Source: Candidatus Woesearchaeota archaeon
Lineage (GTDB): Archaea > Nanobdellota > Nanobdellia > Pacearchaeales > GW2011-AR1
DNA length: 64,000 bases
Direction: 5' to 3'
Assembly (NCBI GenBank): GCA_964467035.1
Contig: CAYXNX010000002.1
Span: forward strand, 10,896 to 74,895
The notes beneath the pieces were generated by a model, which made no database searches, was not told the DNA's origin, and saw only the letters and a program-made list of their open reading frames with translations. Of this stretch, positions 46,248 to 55,899 are shown piece by piece (position 1 is the first letter of the stretch; each line of letters opens with the position of its first letter). Position numbers and translations under genes: made by a program.

Positions 46248-46520
46248 ACGTTTTTGTTTGTCGCCTTCCACTCGTTTTCCTCTCAAGTTCGGAAAAGAGC
46301 TACAGGCTCACGTTTTTGTTTGTCGCCTTCCACTCGTTTTCCTCTCAAGTTCGGAAAAGAGCTACAGGCTCCTATGTTCGCCTTCCACTCGTTTTCCTCT
46401 CAAGTTCGGAAAAGAGCTACGGAGACTTTATGTCTCTCCACTCGTTTTCCTCTCAAGTTCGGAAAAGAGCAACAGGCTCCTATGTTCGCCTTCCACTTGT
46501 TTTCCTCTCAAGTTCGGAAA
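46248..46520. repeat. Five-unit tandem array (periods 62, 62, 55, 53, 55 bp) abutting the 5' end of tRNA-Ile
   Basis: The core CCACTCGTTTTCCTCTCAAGTTCGGAAAA starts at 46268, 46330, 46385, 46438 and 46493. Cores 1, 2 and 4 are followed by (near-)copies of GAGCTACAGGCTC, core 3 by a truncated GAGCTACGG, and the degenerate fifth core by none. Confidence 0.9.
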
Positions 46521-46776
46521 ATTAGTTGAAAGCTATTTCAAATTATATTGAAAAACAATTTATAAGGCTTTTGATGGGTTGGATTTTGTTGAACATTTAA
46601 TTTTGCTTTATTTTGGTTTTTTAGTTTCTTATCAGGGTTTGGCTTGTCAAAATTTTTCTATATTTTGCTTAAATAGTTTGAGTTTTTGAAAATTAAAATT
46701 CTTTACAATTTTTTACAATTTTTTAATAAAACTCTGATTTGCAAAGCTTTTTAAATCATTTTTTTCTTTGGTTCTA

Positions 46777-47301
46777 ATGGCTGGATTATATCAATTTATG
46801 AAACAAGCATGGAAAAAACCTGACAGGGAAGGTTTGAGAGAAAGAATGATTCAATGGAGAAAAGACCCTAGTGTTTTGAAAGTTGAAAAACCTTTGAGGT
46901 TGGATAGGGCGCGAGCATTGGGGTATAAAGCTAAAACAGGTTTTGTTGTTGCAAGGGTGAGGGTGGTGAGAGGAGGACATAAAAGAACTAGGCCAAGAAA
47001 AGGAAGAAAGGTTAGAAATTTAACAATTAGAAAAAATCTTTCAATGAATTATAAAGAGATTGCCGAGAGGAGAGCTCAAATGAGATTTAAAAATTTAGAA
47101 GTTCTCAATTCTTATAATTTAAGCAAAGATGGAAGATATTATTTTTATGAAGTAATTTTGGTTGATCCTGAGAGAAATGAAATAAAAAATGATAAAGATG
47201 TTGGTTGGATTTCTTCAAAGAAAAACAAAAATAGGGTTTTGAGAGGATTGACTAGTGCAGGTGATAAGTCAAGAGGGCTTAGAGGAAAGAAAAGGAATTA
47301 A
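46777..47301 (+). CDS. rpl15e: 50S ribosomal protein eL15
   Basis: MAGLYQFMKQAWKKP...MIQWRKDPSVLKVEKPLRLDRARALGYKAKTGFVVARVRV. Confidence 0.9.
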   Translation: MAGLYQFMKQAWKKPDREGLRERMIQWRKDPSVLKVEKPLRLDRARALGYKAKTGFVVARVRVVRGGHKRTRPRKGRKVRNLTIRKNLSMNYKEIAERRAQMRFKNLEVLNSYNLSKDGRYYFYEVILVDPERNEIKNDKDVGWISSKKNKNRVLRGLTSAGDKSRGLRGKKRN

Positions 47302-47338
47302 TGAGTAGTTTTATATATTGGGTTTCTTTTTTTAATTT

Positions 47339-49027
47339 ATGAAATATTTGGAGCTTGTTGAGGTGTATGAAGCGCTTTCTAATACAACGAAAAGATTGGA
47401 AAAGATTAATATTATTGCTGATTTTTTAAAAAAATTAAAAGTTCAAGGCAAGAGTCAGTGGATTTATCTCCTTCGGGGAAGGGTGTTGCCAGATTATGAC
47501 CCTAGAGAATTGGGACTGTCTGGAAAACTGGTTGTTAAATCAATTTCAAGAGCAACAGGTGCGAGTTCTCAAGAAGTAGTAAGGAAGTATAATCAAATCG
47601 GGGATTTGGGAGATGTTGCAGAAGAGCTTTTGAAAAAGAAAAAACAATTTGCTTTATTTTCAAATAAATTAACAGTGGGCAAGGTTTTTGATAATTTGCA
47701 AAAGATTTTAGATATTGAGGGAAAAGGAAGCATTGATAAGAAACTTGATTTGGTTTCAGAATTAATTGTAAATGCATCTGATAAAGAATCAAAATATATT
47801 GTTAGGACAATTTTGGGTATTTTAAGATTGGGAGTGGCAGATTCAACTATAAGGGAGGGAATTGCTGAAGCATTTTTTCCAAAAGATAAAAAAGAAATGT
47901 CAAAGAAAATTGAAGAAGTTTATGATTTGGCAAATGATTTTGCAATTGTTTTTGATGCAGCAGTTAAGGGAAAAAAGGCATTGGATGATGTGAAAATTCT
48001 CCCAGGCAAACCCACCCATGTTATGCTTCCTATAAAAGTTACTGAATTAAAAGAAGCGTTTAGAATTTGTGGTAAGCCTTGTGCTATTGAACATAAATAT
48101 GACGGATTTAGGGTTTTGATTCATAAACATAAGGGGGAAATAAAATTATTTACTCGAAGATTGGATGATATTACTTCTCAATTTCCTGATGTTGTAAAAA
48201 TGATTAAAAAACAAGTTAAGGGAAATAGTTTTATTTTAGATAGTGAGGTTGTAGGGTATGATCCAAAGACAAAAAAAATCAAACCTTTTGAAGCAATTTC
48301 TCAAAGAATTAAACGAAAATATAATATTGATAAACTTATTAAAGAGCTTCCTGTTGAGACAAATGCTTTTGATGTTATTTTTTATAATGGAAAGAGTTTG
48401 ATTGATGAACCTTTTTTAAAGAGGAGGAAATTATTGGAAAGAATTGTTTATTCTAAAAAGAATCAAATAAGAGTTGCAAAACAGATTGTTACTAAAAATG
48501 AAGAAACTGCTGAGAAGTTTTATGAGAAAGCTCTTTCAATGGGGGAAGAAGGAATTATGATTAAGAAACTTGATGCTCCTTACAAACCGGGGAGGAGGGT
48601 GGGTTATATTGTAAAACTTAAACCAATTGTGCAAGATTTGGATTTGGTTATTACTGGGGCAGAATATGGGACTGGGAAACGGAGCGGGGGGTTGACAAGT
48701 TATATTGTTTCTTGTAAAAACGGAGAAGAATATTTGGAAGTGGGAAAAGTAAGTTCTGGATTAAAAGAAAAGGAAGAGCAAGGGGTTACTTATAGTCAGA
48801 TGTCAAAACTTTTGAAACCTTTGGTAACAAAAGAAAGTGGGCGAAGAGTTGAAGTGAAACCAAAGATTATTGTTGCTGTGACTTATCAAAATGTTCAAAA
48901 ATCTCCAACTTATAGTTCTGGTTTTGCATTGAGATTTCCAAGAATTATTGCTGTTAGGAATGAAAAACCTTTGAGTGAAATTAATACTTTGAAAGACATT
49001 AAAAAAGAGTTTGAGAAAAATTATTGA
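47339..49027 (+). CDS. lig: ATP-dependent DNA ligase (Lig1 type)
   Basis: Motif I EHKYDGFRV, an N-terminal DNA-binding domain and a C-terminal OB domain. 562 aa. Confidence 0.92.
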   Translation: MKYLELVEVYEALSNTTKRLEKINIIADFLKKLKVQGKSQWIYLLRGRVLPDYDPRELGLSGKLVVKSISRATGASSQEVVRKYNQIGDLGDVAEELLKKKKQFALFSNKLTVGKVFDNLQKILDIEGKGSIDKKLDLVSELIVNASDKESKYIVRTILGILRLGVADSTIREGIAEAFFPKDKKEMSKKIEEVYDLANDFAIVFDAAVKGKKALDDVKILPGKPTHVMLPIKVTELKEAFRICGKPCAIEHKYDGFRVLIHKHKGEIKLFTRRLDDITSQFPDVVKMIKKQVKGNSFILDSEVVGYDPKTKKIKPFEAISQRIKRKYNIDKLIKELPVETNAFDVIFYNGKSLIDEPFLKRRKLLERIVYSKKNQIRVAKQIVTKNEETAEKFYEKALSMGEEGIMIKKLDAPYKPGRRVGYIVKLKPIVQDLDLVITGAEYGTGKRSGGLTSYIVSCKNGEEYLEVGKVSSGLKEKEEQGVTYSQMSKLLKPLVTKESGRRVEVKPKIIVAVTYQNVQKSPTYSSGFALRFPRIIAVRNEKPLSEINTLKDIKKEFEKNY

Positions 49028-49077
49028 TTTTAATTTATGGAAAGTTTTAAAAACTAATCTATTTATAAATATATATA

Positions 49078-49623
49078 ATGAAAAGCAATTTATCTGTTCA
49101 AAATATTGTTGCAACTGCTTCTTTGGGAAAACCGGTTCCTTTAACAAAACTTGCAAGAAGTCAAAGCAATACTGAATATAATCCTGAGCAATTTCCTGGT
49201 CTTGTGTTAAGAATTGAAAAGCCTAAATCTGCTGTTTTGGTTTTTTCATCAGGGAATTTAGTATGCACTGGAACTAAATCTGTTTCTCAAGTTAGGGAAG
49301 TTATTAATCAAGTTATAAAACATATTGGGAAAATTGATGTGAAGATTACTGAAAAACCAAAAATTACTGTTCAAAACATAGTGGCTAGTGGAAGTATTGA
49401 TTTAAAATTGAATCTTAATTATTTGGCTTTAGCTCTTGAAAATACTGAATATGAGCCAGAGCAATTTCCTGGATTGGTTTATAAATTGATTGAGCCAAAT
49501 GCGACATTTCTTTTGTTTAGTAATGGGAAACTTGTTTGTACTGGAACTAAAAATAAAACCCAGCTTAATGAAAGTATGAGGATTTTGAATGAGCACATTG
49601 GTGAAGTTTCTAAAGATAGATAA
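49078..49623 (+). CDS. tbp: TATA-box binding protein
   Basis: Two direct repeats (QNIVATASLG...EQFPGLVLRI and QNIVASGSID...EQFPGLVYKL). Confidence 0.92.
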   Translation: MKSNLSVQNIVATASLGKPVPLTKLARSQSNTEYNPEQFPGLVLRIEKPKSAVLVFSSGNLVCTGTKSVSQVREVINQVIKHIGKIDVKITEKPKITVQNIVASGSIDLKLNLNYLALALENTEYEPEQFPGLVYKLIEPNATFLLFSNGKLVCTGTKNKTQLNESMRILNEHIGEVSKDR

Positions 49624-49713
49624 TTAATACTTATTTTTTTTAATAGAAATCAATATAAATAGCGATGTTTTTTTACTTATACCTTAGAATTTTGTAAAGA
49701 GGACTGGAGTAAA

Positions 49714-51726
49714 ATGGAAAAATCTGAAGAAATATTTGAAGAGGCTAAGAATTTTTTTAATTTATCGCATATTAAGAAATCTGTTGGACAAAGTATCAGG
49801 GAATCTGAAAAGGTTGTTTTTATTAATTTTGAAGATTTGGCAGAGTTTTCTCACGAGCTTTCAGATACTTTGTTGGAAAGGCCTGAAGAAATTTTGACTA
49901 ATTTAGAATCTGCTTTAAGTGAAACAGGTCTTATTAAAGAGCCAAAAATTAGGATGAAAAATATTCCTGAGGCAAGTAAGGTTAAAATAAGGGATATAAG
50001 GGCTAAACATTTGAGTAAATTTATTTGGGTTGAAGGTATTGTTAGGCAAGCAAGTGATGTTAGACCCCAAGTTGTAAGTGCTAAATTTGAATGTCCTTCT
50101 TGTGGAACTATAATTTCTGTTTTACAATTAGAAAAAAAGTTTAAAGAGCCGACTAGATGTTCTTGTGGTAGAAAGGGTTATTTTAAGCTTGTTTCAAAAC
50201 AGATGGTTGATGCTCAAAGGTTGGTGATTGAGGAATCTCCTGAAGCTCTTGTGGGTGGAGAACAGCCAAGGAGGTTGAATATTTTTGTTAAAGAAGATTT
50301 GGTTGAGCCAAAAATGGAAGAGAGAACTACTCCAGGTAGTAAAATTATGGTTTTGGGTATTTTGAATGAAATTCCTGTTCCTTTACAGACAGGTGCAATT
50401 TCTACAAGGTTTGATTTAGCTATTGATGCAAATAATGTTATTCCTTTAGAAGAAAGTTATGATGATTTGAAAATTAATGAAGAAGATGAAATGCAAATTA
50501 AGGAGCTTTCAGTGGATTCTCAAATTTTTAAAAAACTTTCAAGTAGTATTGCTCCAAGTATTTATGGTTATGAGGAGATTAAGCAATCTATTGTTTTGCA
50601 ATTGTTTGGGGGTGTTAAAAAGGTAAGGTCAGATGGGACATTTACAAGGGGGGATATTCATATTTTATTGGTGGGGGATCCAGGAGTTGCTAAGTCAGTT
50701 ACTTTGGGATTTATCTCAAAAATTGCTCCAAAAGGAAGGTATGTTGTAGGAAAATCTACCTCAGGGGCAGGGCTTACAGCGACGGTTGTGAAAGATGAGT
50801 TTTTGAAAGGTTGGAGTTTAGAAGCAGGAGCTATGGTTTTATCAAATAAAGGAATTGTTTGTATTGATGAAATTGAAAAAATGGATGCTCAGGACAGGAG
50901 TTCAATGCACGAAGCAATGGAACAGCAAACTGTGACAATTTCTAAAGCAAATGTTCAAGCAAGTTTGAGAGCAGAGACTTCTGTATTGGCGGCTGGGAAT
51001 CCCAAATTTGGTAGATTTGACCCTTATATGCCTATTGCTCAGCAAGTTGATATTCAACCTACTTTGCTTAGTAGATTTGATGTTATTTTTATGCTTAGAG
51101 ATAATCCTGATAAATCTAAAGATGAGGCAATTGCGTCACATGTTTTAAATCAACATAAGAAGTCGGTTTCTACTGCAAGTGTTGACCCAGAACTTTTTAG
51201 AAAGTATGTTGCTTATGCAAAACAAAATATTCATCCTACTTTGAGTGATGAGGCAATTAAAGAAATTAAAGATTTTTATGTTAATTTGAGAAATGCTCCT
51301 GTTTCAGGGGATATGGCTGTTAAGGCAATTCCTATTACTGCTCGGCAATTAGGGGCTTTGGTGAGAATGGGGGAGGCAAGTGCTAGAACAAGGTTATCTG
51401 AAGTAGTTGAAAAACAAGATGCTGAAAGAGCTATTGGAATTATGAAGTATTATTTAATGCAAGCGGGTTTTGACCAAGATACTCAGAGTTTTGATATTGA
51501 TAAAATTGTTACAGGTGTTACAGCTTCGAAAAGGGGCAAGATTATTGAGGTTAAAAATGCTTTGATTGATATGGAAAATAAATTTGGGAAACAAATTCCT
51601 GTTGAAGAGTTAGAAAAAAATTTACAAGGAAAAGTGGATAAAGTGGATTTGGATGAAGCAATTGAAAAACTTTCAATTTCTGGAGATATTTTTTCTCCTA
51701 AAAAAGGATTTGTTCAACTTGTTTAG
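49714..51726 (+). CDS. mcm: MCM replicative helicase
   Basis: Zn motif CPSCG...CSCG, Walker A LLVGDPGVAKS, Walker B CIDEIEKM, arginine finger SRFD, and a C-terminal wH. Confidence 0.95.
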   Translation: MEKSEEIFEEAKNFFNLSHIKKSVGQSIRESEKVVFINFEDLAEFSHELSDTLLERPEEILTNLESALSETGLIKEPKIRMKNIPEASKVKIRDIRAKHLSKFIWVEGIVRQASDVRPQVVSAKFECPSCGTIISVLQLEKKFKEPTRCSCGRKGYFKLVSKQMVDAQRLVIEESPEALVGGEQPRRLNIFVKEDLVEPKMEERTTPGSKIMVLGILNEIPVPLQTGAISTRFDLAIDANNVIPLEESYDDLKINEEDEMQIKELSVDSQIFKKLSSSIAPSIYGYEEIKQSIVLQLFGGVKKVRSDGTFTRGDIHILLVGDPGVAKSVTLGFISKIAPKGRYVVGKSTSGAGLTATVVKDEFLKGWSLEAGAMVLSNKGIVCIDEIEKMDAQDRSSMHEAMEQQTVTISKANVQASLRAETSVLAAGNPKFGRFDPYMPIAQQVDIQPTLLSRFDVIFMLRDNPDKSKDEAIASHVLNQHKKSVSTASVDPELFRKYVAYAKQNIHPTLSDEAIKEIKDFYVNLRNAPVSGDMAVKAIPITARQLGALVRMGEASARTRLSEVVEKQDAERAIGIMKYYLMQAGFDQDTQSFDIDKIVTGVTASKRGKIIEVKNALIDMENKFGKQIPVEELEKNLQGKVDKVDLDEAIEKLSISGDIFSPKKGFVQLV

Positions 51727-52016
51727 TTATTTTTCATTTAATAATTCTTTTGTTGTTCTACCATTATCTAAGAAATCAGTTTCTGGAAGAGATTCATTTG
51801 GGTAAATAGTTGTTTTTGTTTGAGTAGATGTTGAGTATAATAATTTGTTGTAATTTAATTTTTGGATTGGATTTTATTCTTGTTCAATTTCTAACCAGTT
51901 TTTTGTGTTGTTTTAATTTTGTGTTGCTTAGATAATTTTTGGCAAGTATTGGTATATTGTGTGGGAAAATAACTAAATCTTTAAAAAATAACCTGTTTAT
52001 TTTGTTTAGTGTGAAA

Positions 52017-52529
52017 ATGAAGAAGCTTGCTTTTGTTGGAACTCATGGAATTGGAAAGACTACTTTGACTCATCAGACTGTTTCAGAATTGAAAAAGAGG
52101 GGAGTTAATGCTGATTTTTTGGGAGAGGTTGTGAGAGATTGCCCTTTACCTATTAATGAAGGAACTTTGGAGGAAAGTCAAATGTGGATTATTCATAGTC
52201 AAATTGTTAAAGAACTTGAAATGAAAAATAAGTGTGATTGGTTGATTTGCGATAGAAGTGTTTTAGATGGATATGTTTATTATTTTAATAAGTTTGGAAA
52301 AAATGAAGTTTTGGAGAATTTAGTTAAAAATTTTCTTAAAAGTTATGATTTAATTGTTAGGGTTAAAATTAATCCAGATTTTTTGAAAGAGGACGGGATT
52401 CGTTCAGTTGATAAAGAATTTCAAAAAGAAATTGATGAAAAAATGTTTAGTTTTTTGAATGAAATGGGGGTTGATTATATTGAGTTTGAAGATGTTGAGA
52501 GAATTTGCGAAAAAATTTTGGAAGCGTAG
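52017..52529 (+). CDS. P-loop NTPase (AAA_28/NadR-like ATPase)
   Basis: FVGTHGIGKTTL Walker A and WLICDRS Walker B-like. The track start at 51939 is non-ATG. Confidence 0.5.
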   Translation: MKKLAFVGTHGIGKTTLTHQTVSELKKRGVNADFLGEVVRDCPLPINEGTLEESQMWIIHSQIVKELEMKNKCDWLICDRSVLDGYVYYFNKFGKNEVLENLVKNFLKSYDLIVRVKINPDFLKEDGIRSVDKEFQKEIDEKMFSFLNEMGVDYIEFEDVERICEKILEA

Positions 52530-52627
52530 TTTATTATCTAAATCTTTAAAAATTAGTTTTTATTTTTTATAAGATGATAGATGATTTAATTCAAATCAAG
52601 GATTATTTATTTTGGAGGTTGTTATAA

Positions 52628-53242
52628 ATGGCACAAGGAGATTTTAAAAGACAAACAGCTTATAAAATTAAAGTTGGTGATGTTTTTAAAGGTAAACCCT
52701 TTTATGATGGGGAGAGATTTAGTTTTATAGAGTTGGGTGATAAAAAAATTGCAAGAGTTAATATTGTTGCAAATATTGTTGAGCGTTATTTGTCTGAAGA
52801 TAAGAATTTTTTATCTTTAACAATTGATGATGCTTCTGGACAATTAAGAATTAAGGTATTTGGAGATGAAATTCCCAGGTTTGAAAATTTGGAGCAAGGA
52901 GATACAGTTATGGTTGTTGGGTTGTTGAGAAGTTACAATAATGAGCTTTATATTAATCCAGAGTTTATTAAAAAAAAGGACCCGAGATATTTGTTAGTTA
53001 GGAAATTAGAGTTTGAAAAGAGTGCTCCTAAAGAAGTTGATAATGGAAAGGTTATGGTAATTGCAGACCAAGTTTTGAAAATGATAAAAGAAGCAGAGCC
53101 AGAAGGGGTTTCGGGGGATAAATTGATTACAGAAGTGGGTGAGTCAAGTGATATTGTTAATCAAGAAATTAAAAAAGCATTGGAACAAGGAATTATTTAT
53201 GAACCTCGACCAGGAGTTTATAGATATTTGGGAAGTGAGTGA
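52628..53242 (+). CDS. OB-fold plus C-terminal winged-helix protein, RPA32/Stn1-like ssDNA-binding candidate
   Basis: OB region ARVNIVANIVERY...LTIDDASGQLRIKVFGDE...GDTVMVVGLLRSY. C-terminal wH LKMIKEAEPEGVSGDKLI...GIIYEPRPGVYRYL. Confidence 0.5.
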   Translation: MAQGDFKRQTAYKIKVGDVFKGKPFYDGERFSFIELGDKKIARVNIVANIVERYLSEDKNFLSLTIDDASGQLRIKVFGDEIPRFENLEQGDTVMVVGLLRSYNNELYINPEFIKKKDPRYLLVRKLEFEKSAPKEVDNGKVMVIADQVLKMIKEAEPEGVSGDKLITEVGESSDIVNQEIKKALEQGIIYEPRPGVYRYLGSE

Positions 53243-53301
53243 TTATAAAAGCTATTTCTGAAAATAGTAATCTTTAGAAATAAATTAGTTATTGTATTTT
53301 T

Positions 53302-53976
53302 ATGTATTTGGCACATATGAATAATTTGGGAAATTATGTTGTAGAAAAATTAGAGTATAGTATGGATTGTTCTAATATTGGTGGAAGTGATTTAAAATCG
53401 CATCCGAATTTTTTTGAGTTTGAACCAGCAAATTTTTTTCCTGGTTCAGGACAGATGAAAAGATTTTTTGGTGAGAGTGTTGAGTCTATTGTTGAAGACT
53501 TTGGTCAGGAACTTGAAGAACATGCAAAATTGGCTAGGAAAGTTCAAAAAGGATTAAGACCTGGAATAAATGAGTTGTATATTTTTAATGTTCCTAGTAA
53601 AGAGTTTCCATTGGGAGAGGTTTTTAATTATGGAGAACATGGAGGTTTTAATAGAATATTAACAAGACAAGTTATTTCAAAACCAGTCCTTTTAGCAATA
53701 GAAGAAGGTTTTAGGGGAAGTAGTAGAAGAATGGAAGCTTCAGAATATACTTCAGAAGTTCAGGGAAAAAATCCTTTGCCTAGGAAAGAATTTTTGGAAT
53801 TGGGAAGAGAGATGGTTAAAGTTTTGCTAGATTTTTATGATGAAGTTAATGAACCTTATTCAAAAAATATCGAAGAACTTGAGAATAAGGAAAGATTTGA
53901 AAGATTAAGACAAGTTCCTAAAGGTGTAAATATTGAGAAATTTTTGCCCCATTCTTCTTCTAATTATATTCATTAA
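53302..53976 (+). CDS. Hypothetical protein
   Basis: 224-aa ORF, no family recognised. Confidence 0.4.
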   Translation: MYLAHMNNLGNYVVEKLEYSMDCSNIGGSDLKSHPNFFEFEPANFFPGSGQMKRFFGESVESIVEDFGQELEEHAKLARKVQKGLRPGINELYIFNVPSKEFPLGEVFNYGEHGGFNRILTRQVISKPVLLAIEEGFRGSSRRMEASEYTSEVQGKNPLPRKEFLELGREMVKVLLDFYDEVNEPYSKNIEELENKERFERLRQVPKGVNIEKFLPHSSSNYIH

Positions 53977-54009
53977 ATTTTGAAGATGAAAAAGCGAGGT
54001 TGAATGACT

Positions 54010-54534
54010 TTATTTCTTTTTGTTCATCCAATAAGTAAATCCAATTAAAATTGAAAGCCCTATTAGAGAAATTATAAATCTTGCTAAGTTTTCTGCATTT
54101 GGCCAATAACTGAAAGCTCCGTAAAGTAAAGTTATAATTCCTCCCCCCATAATTCCAGAGCTGACATTGTTGAGTTTGAAAAAGGTTGCTCCTATTGTGA
54201 GTAAGATTAATGATAAAATGATTGTTATTATGAAAATGTTTTTTGAATGTTTTGTTCTTGCATTTTTATATTGTTCATAGCATTTTTCTTGTTCACTTTC
54301 GCAAGGAAAGAATTCACAGTCATTGTTTGGATCTCGAGAAACATAACTTCCGTCAGGACATTCTTTTACATCTTGGGCGCAAAGTGTTTGGTTTTTGGGA
54401 ACTAAAGGGGGTTTTGTTTGGCTACAAAAATCATCATATTCTGGAGAAGGATAGAAAGTTTGAATTCCTGTGAAAATTACTAAGAAAGATAAAATTGTTA
54501 TTGCAATTCCTATTAGTAAGTTTTTAATGTCCAT
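54010..54534 (-). CDS. Hypothetical membrane protein with a Cys-rich extracytoplasmic loop
   Basis: N-terminal TM helix, then CSQTKPP...CAQDVKECPDGS...DCEFFPCESEQEKC, then three TM helices. Confidence 0.5.
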   Translation of the reverse strand: MDIKNLLIGIAITILSFLVIFTGIQTFYPSPEYDDFCSQTKPPLVPKNQTLCAQDVKECPDGSYVSRDPNNDCEFFPCESEQEKCYEQYKNARTKHSKNIFIITIILSLILLTIGATFFKLNNVSSGIMGGGIITLLYGAFSYWPNAENLARFIISLIGLSILIGFTYWMNKKK

Positions 54535-54619
54535 ATTTGGGTTAAAAAAACATCTTTTATAAAATTTTGCAAGTGTTCAAATTCGATAGACTTTTAAATC
54601 AAGTTTTTATAAGTTTTAT

Positions 54620-55027
54620 ATGGGATATGAAGAACTTTTGCATGGAGCTTATGAAGAAGTAGAGCAAGGAGAATCTTGTGATTTAAGTAGATGGAAGCTT
54701 CCTGAAATTGATGTTAAAATTTGTGGAAGTAAAACATTTATTTGTAATTTTACACAAATTGTTATTTATCTTAGAAGAAGTCAGGAGCATATTTGCAAGT
54801 TTTTATCTAAAGAGTTGGCAACTTATTCTAAGATAGAGGGAGATAAGCTTGTTTTAAATCGGAAACTTTCAAAAACAAAAATTGAAGAAAAAATTAAACT
54901 TTATATTTGTAAATTTGTTCAGTGTCCTGATTGCAAAAAGCCAGATACTGAGCTTGAGAAAAAAGATGGAATGTTGATGTTGCATTGTTTGGCGTGTGGG
55001 GCAAGACATAGTTTTGGGAGATGTTAG
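54620..55027 (+). CDS. eif2b: Translation initiation factor aIF2 beta subunit
   Basis: eIF2-beta/eIF5 core (FLSKELATYSKIEGDKLVLNRK) and zinc ribbon CPDCKKPDT...LHCLACGA. Confidence 0.85.
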   Translation: MGYEELLHGAYEEVEQGESCDLSRWKLPEIDVKICGSKTFICNFTQIVIYLRRSQEHICKFLSKELATYSKIEGDKLVLNRKLSKTKIEEKIKLYICKFVQCPDCKKPDTELEKKDGMLMLHCLACGARHSFGRC

Positions 55028-55140
55028 GTAATTTAAGAAGCTGTTGTTAATTATTTTTAGTAGGCTTTGGGCAAAATAAATGGAGATTTCCGAAGATGCA
55101 TACTTTTTTAAATTAAAATTTATTCTAAAGTAGTATCAAG

Positions 55141-55317
55141 ATGGCAAAAGAATCAGATTTAGAAAAAGAATTAGCAATTCAAATAATGGCTGGAACTTTA
55201 GTTTCAGTTTTAAAAGATACTCAAAGAGAGGTTAATATAATGAATCAAGAAATTGAATCAGCTTTAGAATATTGTAGAAATTATAATCTAGAACCTGTTT
55301 CTCAAGAATATCGTTAG
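55141..55317 (+). CDS. Small hypothetical protein (58 aa)
   Basis: ATG-to-TAG ORF read by hand, below the track cutoff. No family. Confidence 0.25.
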   Translation: MAKESDLEKELAIQIMAGTLVSVLKDTQREVNIMNQEIESALEYCRNYNLEPVSQEYR

Positions 55318-55446
55318 CTTAAATTCTGAATTACATATAATTGCGATTAAAAAACCTGGGGCTTGAGCGAAACGAAGTAACCTTGAGTTTTTTTGTTTCT
55401 TTTTTAAAAAGAAAATTTTTATAGTTTCTCTTTTTCTTAAGTATAA

Positions 55447-55899
55447 ATGGAAAGAACGCTGATAATTATCAAACCAGATGGAATTCAAAAAAAATTAGTT
55501 GGAGAAGTAATTAAGAGAATAGAGAAAGAAGAATTAGATATTGTTAATGTTAAAATAATAGAATTAACAGAGGAACAGGTTTCTAAGCTTTATGAAGATT
55601 CCTTAAACAGATTTCCTCAAATCAGAAAAGAAGTCATAGAATATATGACTGAAAACCCCTCAATCATAATGATAATTCAAGGAGATGACGCGATTAAAAA
55701 AGGAAGAGATATTAGGGGTTTGTCTAATCCTTCCAAATCTCCGATAGGTAGTGTGAGAAGAGATTTTGCAGGAGACCAAAATATGGAAGAATTAACCAAA
55801 AATGGAAAGGTTACAAAGAATGTAATGCATGCTTCTGGAAATAAAGAAGAAGTTGAATTTGAAATTAAATTATTCTTTGGAGAAGAAGATGAAATCTGA
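55447..55899 (+). CDS. ndk: Nucleoside diphosphate kinase
   Basis: MERTLIIIKPDG..., RGLSNP..SVRRDF and NVMHAS (active-site His). Confidence 0.9.
   Translation: MERTLIIIKPDGIQKKLVGEVIKRIEKEELDIVNVKIIELTEEQVSKLYEDSLNRFPQIRKEVIEYMTENPSIIMIIQGDDAIKKGRDIRGLSNPSKSPIGSVRRDFAGDQNMEELTKNGKVTKNVMHASGNKEEVEFEIKLFFGEEDEI

Noticed and set aside
46268-46520. Possible miniature CRISPR array (33-nt repeats with short spacers) next to tRNA-Ile
   Set aside because: The spacers are only about 13-29 nt. Two pairs of them are identical to each other, and they contain copies of the tRNA 5' end. No cas genes or leader are nearby. The region behaves as a tandem duplication, not as a spacer-acquiring array.
46254-46551. 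Three overlapping ORFs (91, 97 and 69 aa) in all three + frames
   Set aside because: They are translations of the same tandem repeat in different frames, giving repetitive peptide strings such as FPLKFGKE and SSQVRKRAT. They are artefacts of repeat periodicity, not genes.
51727-52016. Possible minus-strand small ORF in the gap after mcm
   Set aside because: The open frame (...TSTQTKTTIYPNESLPETDFLDNGRTTKELLNEK*) has no start codon before an upstream in-frame stop. It was left unannotated.
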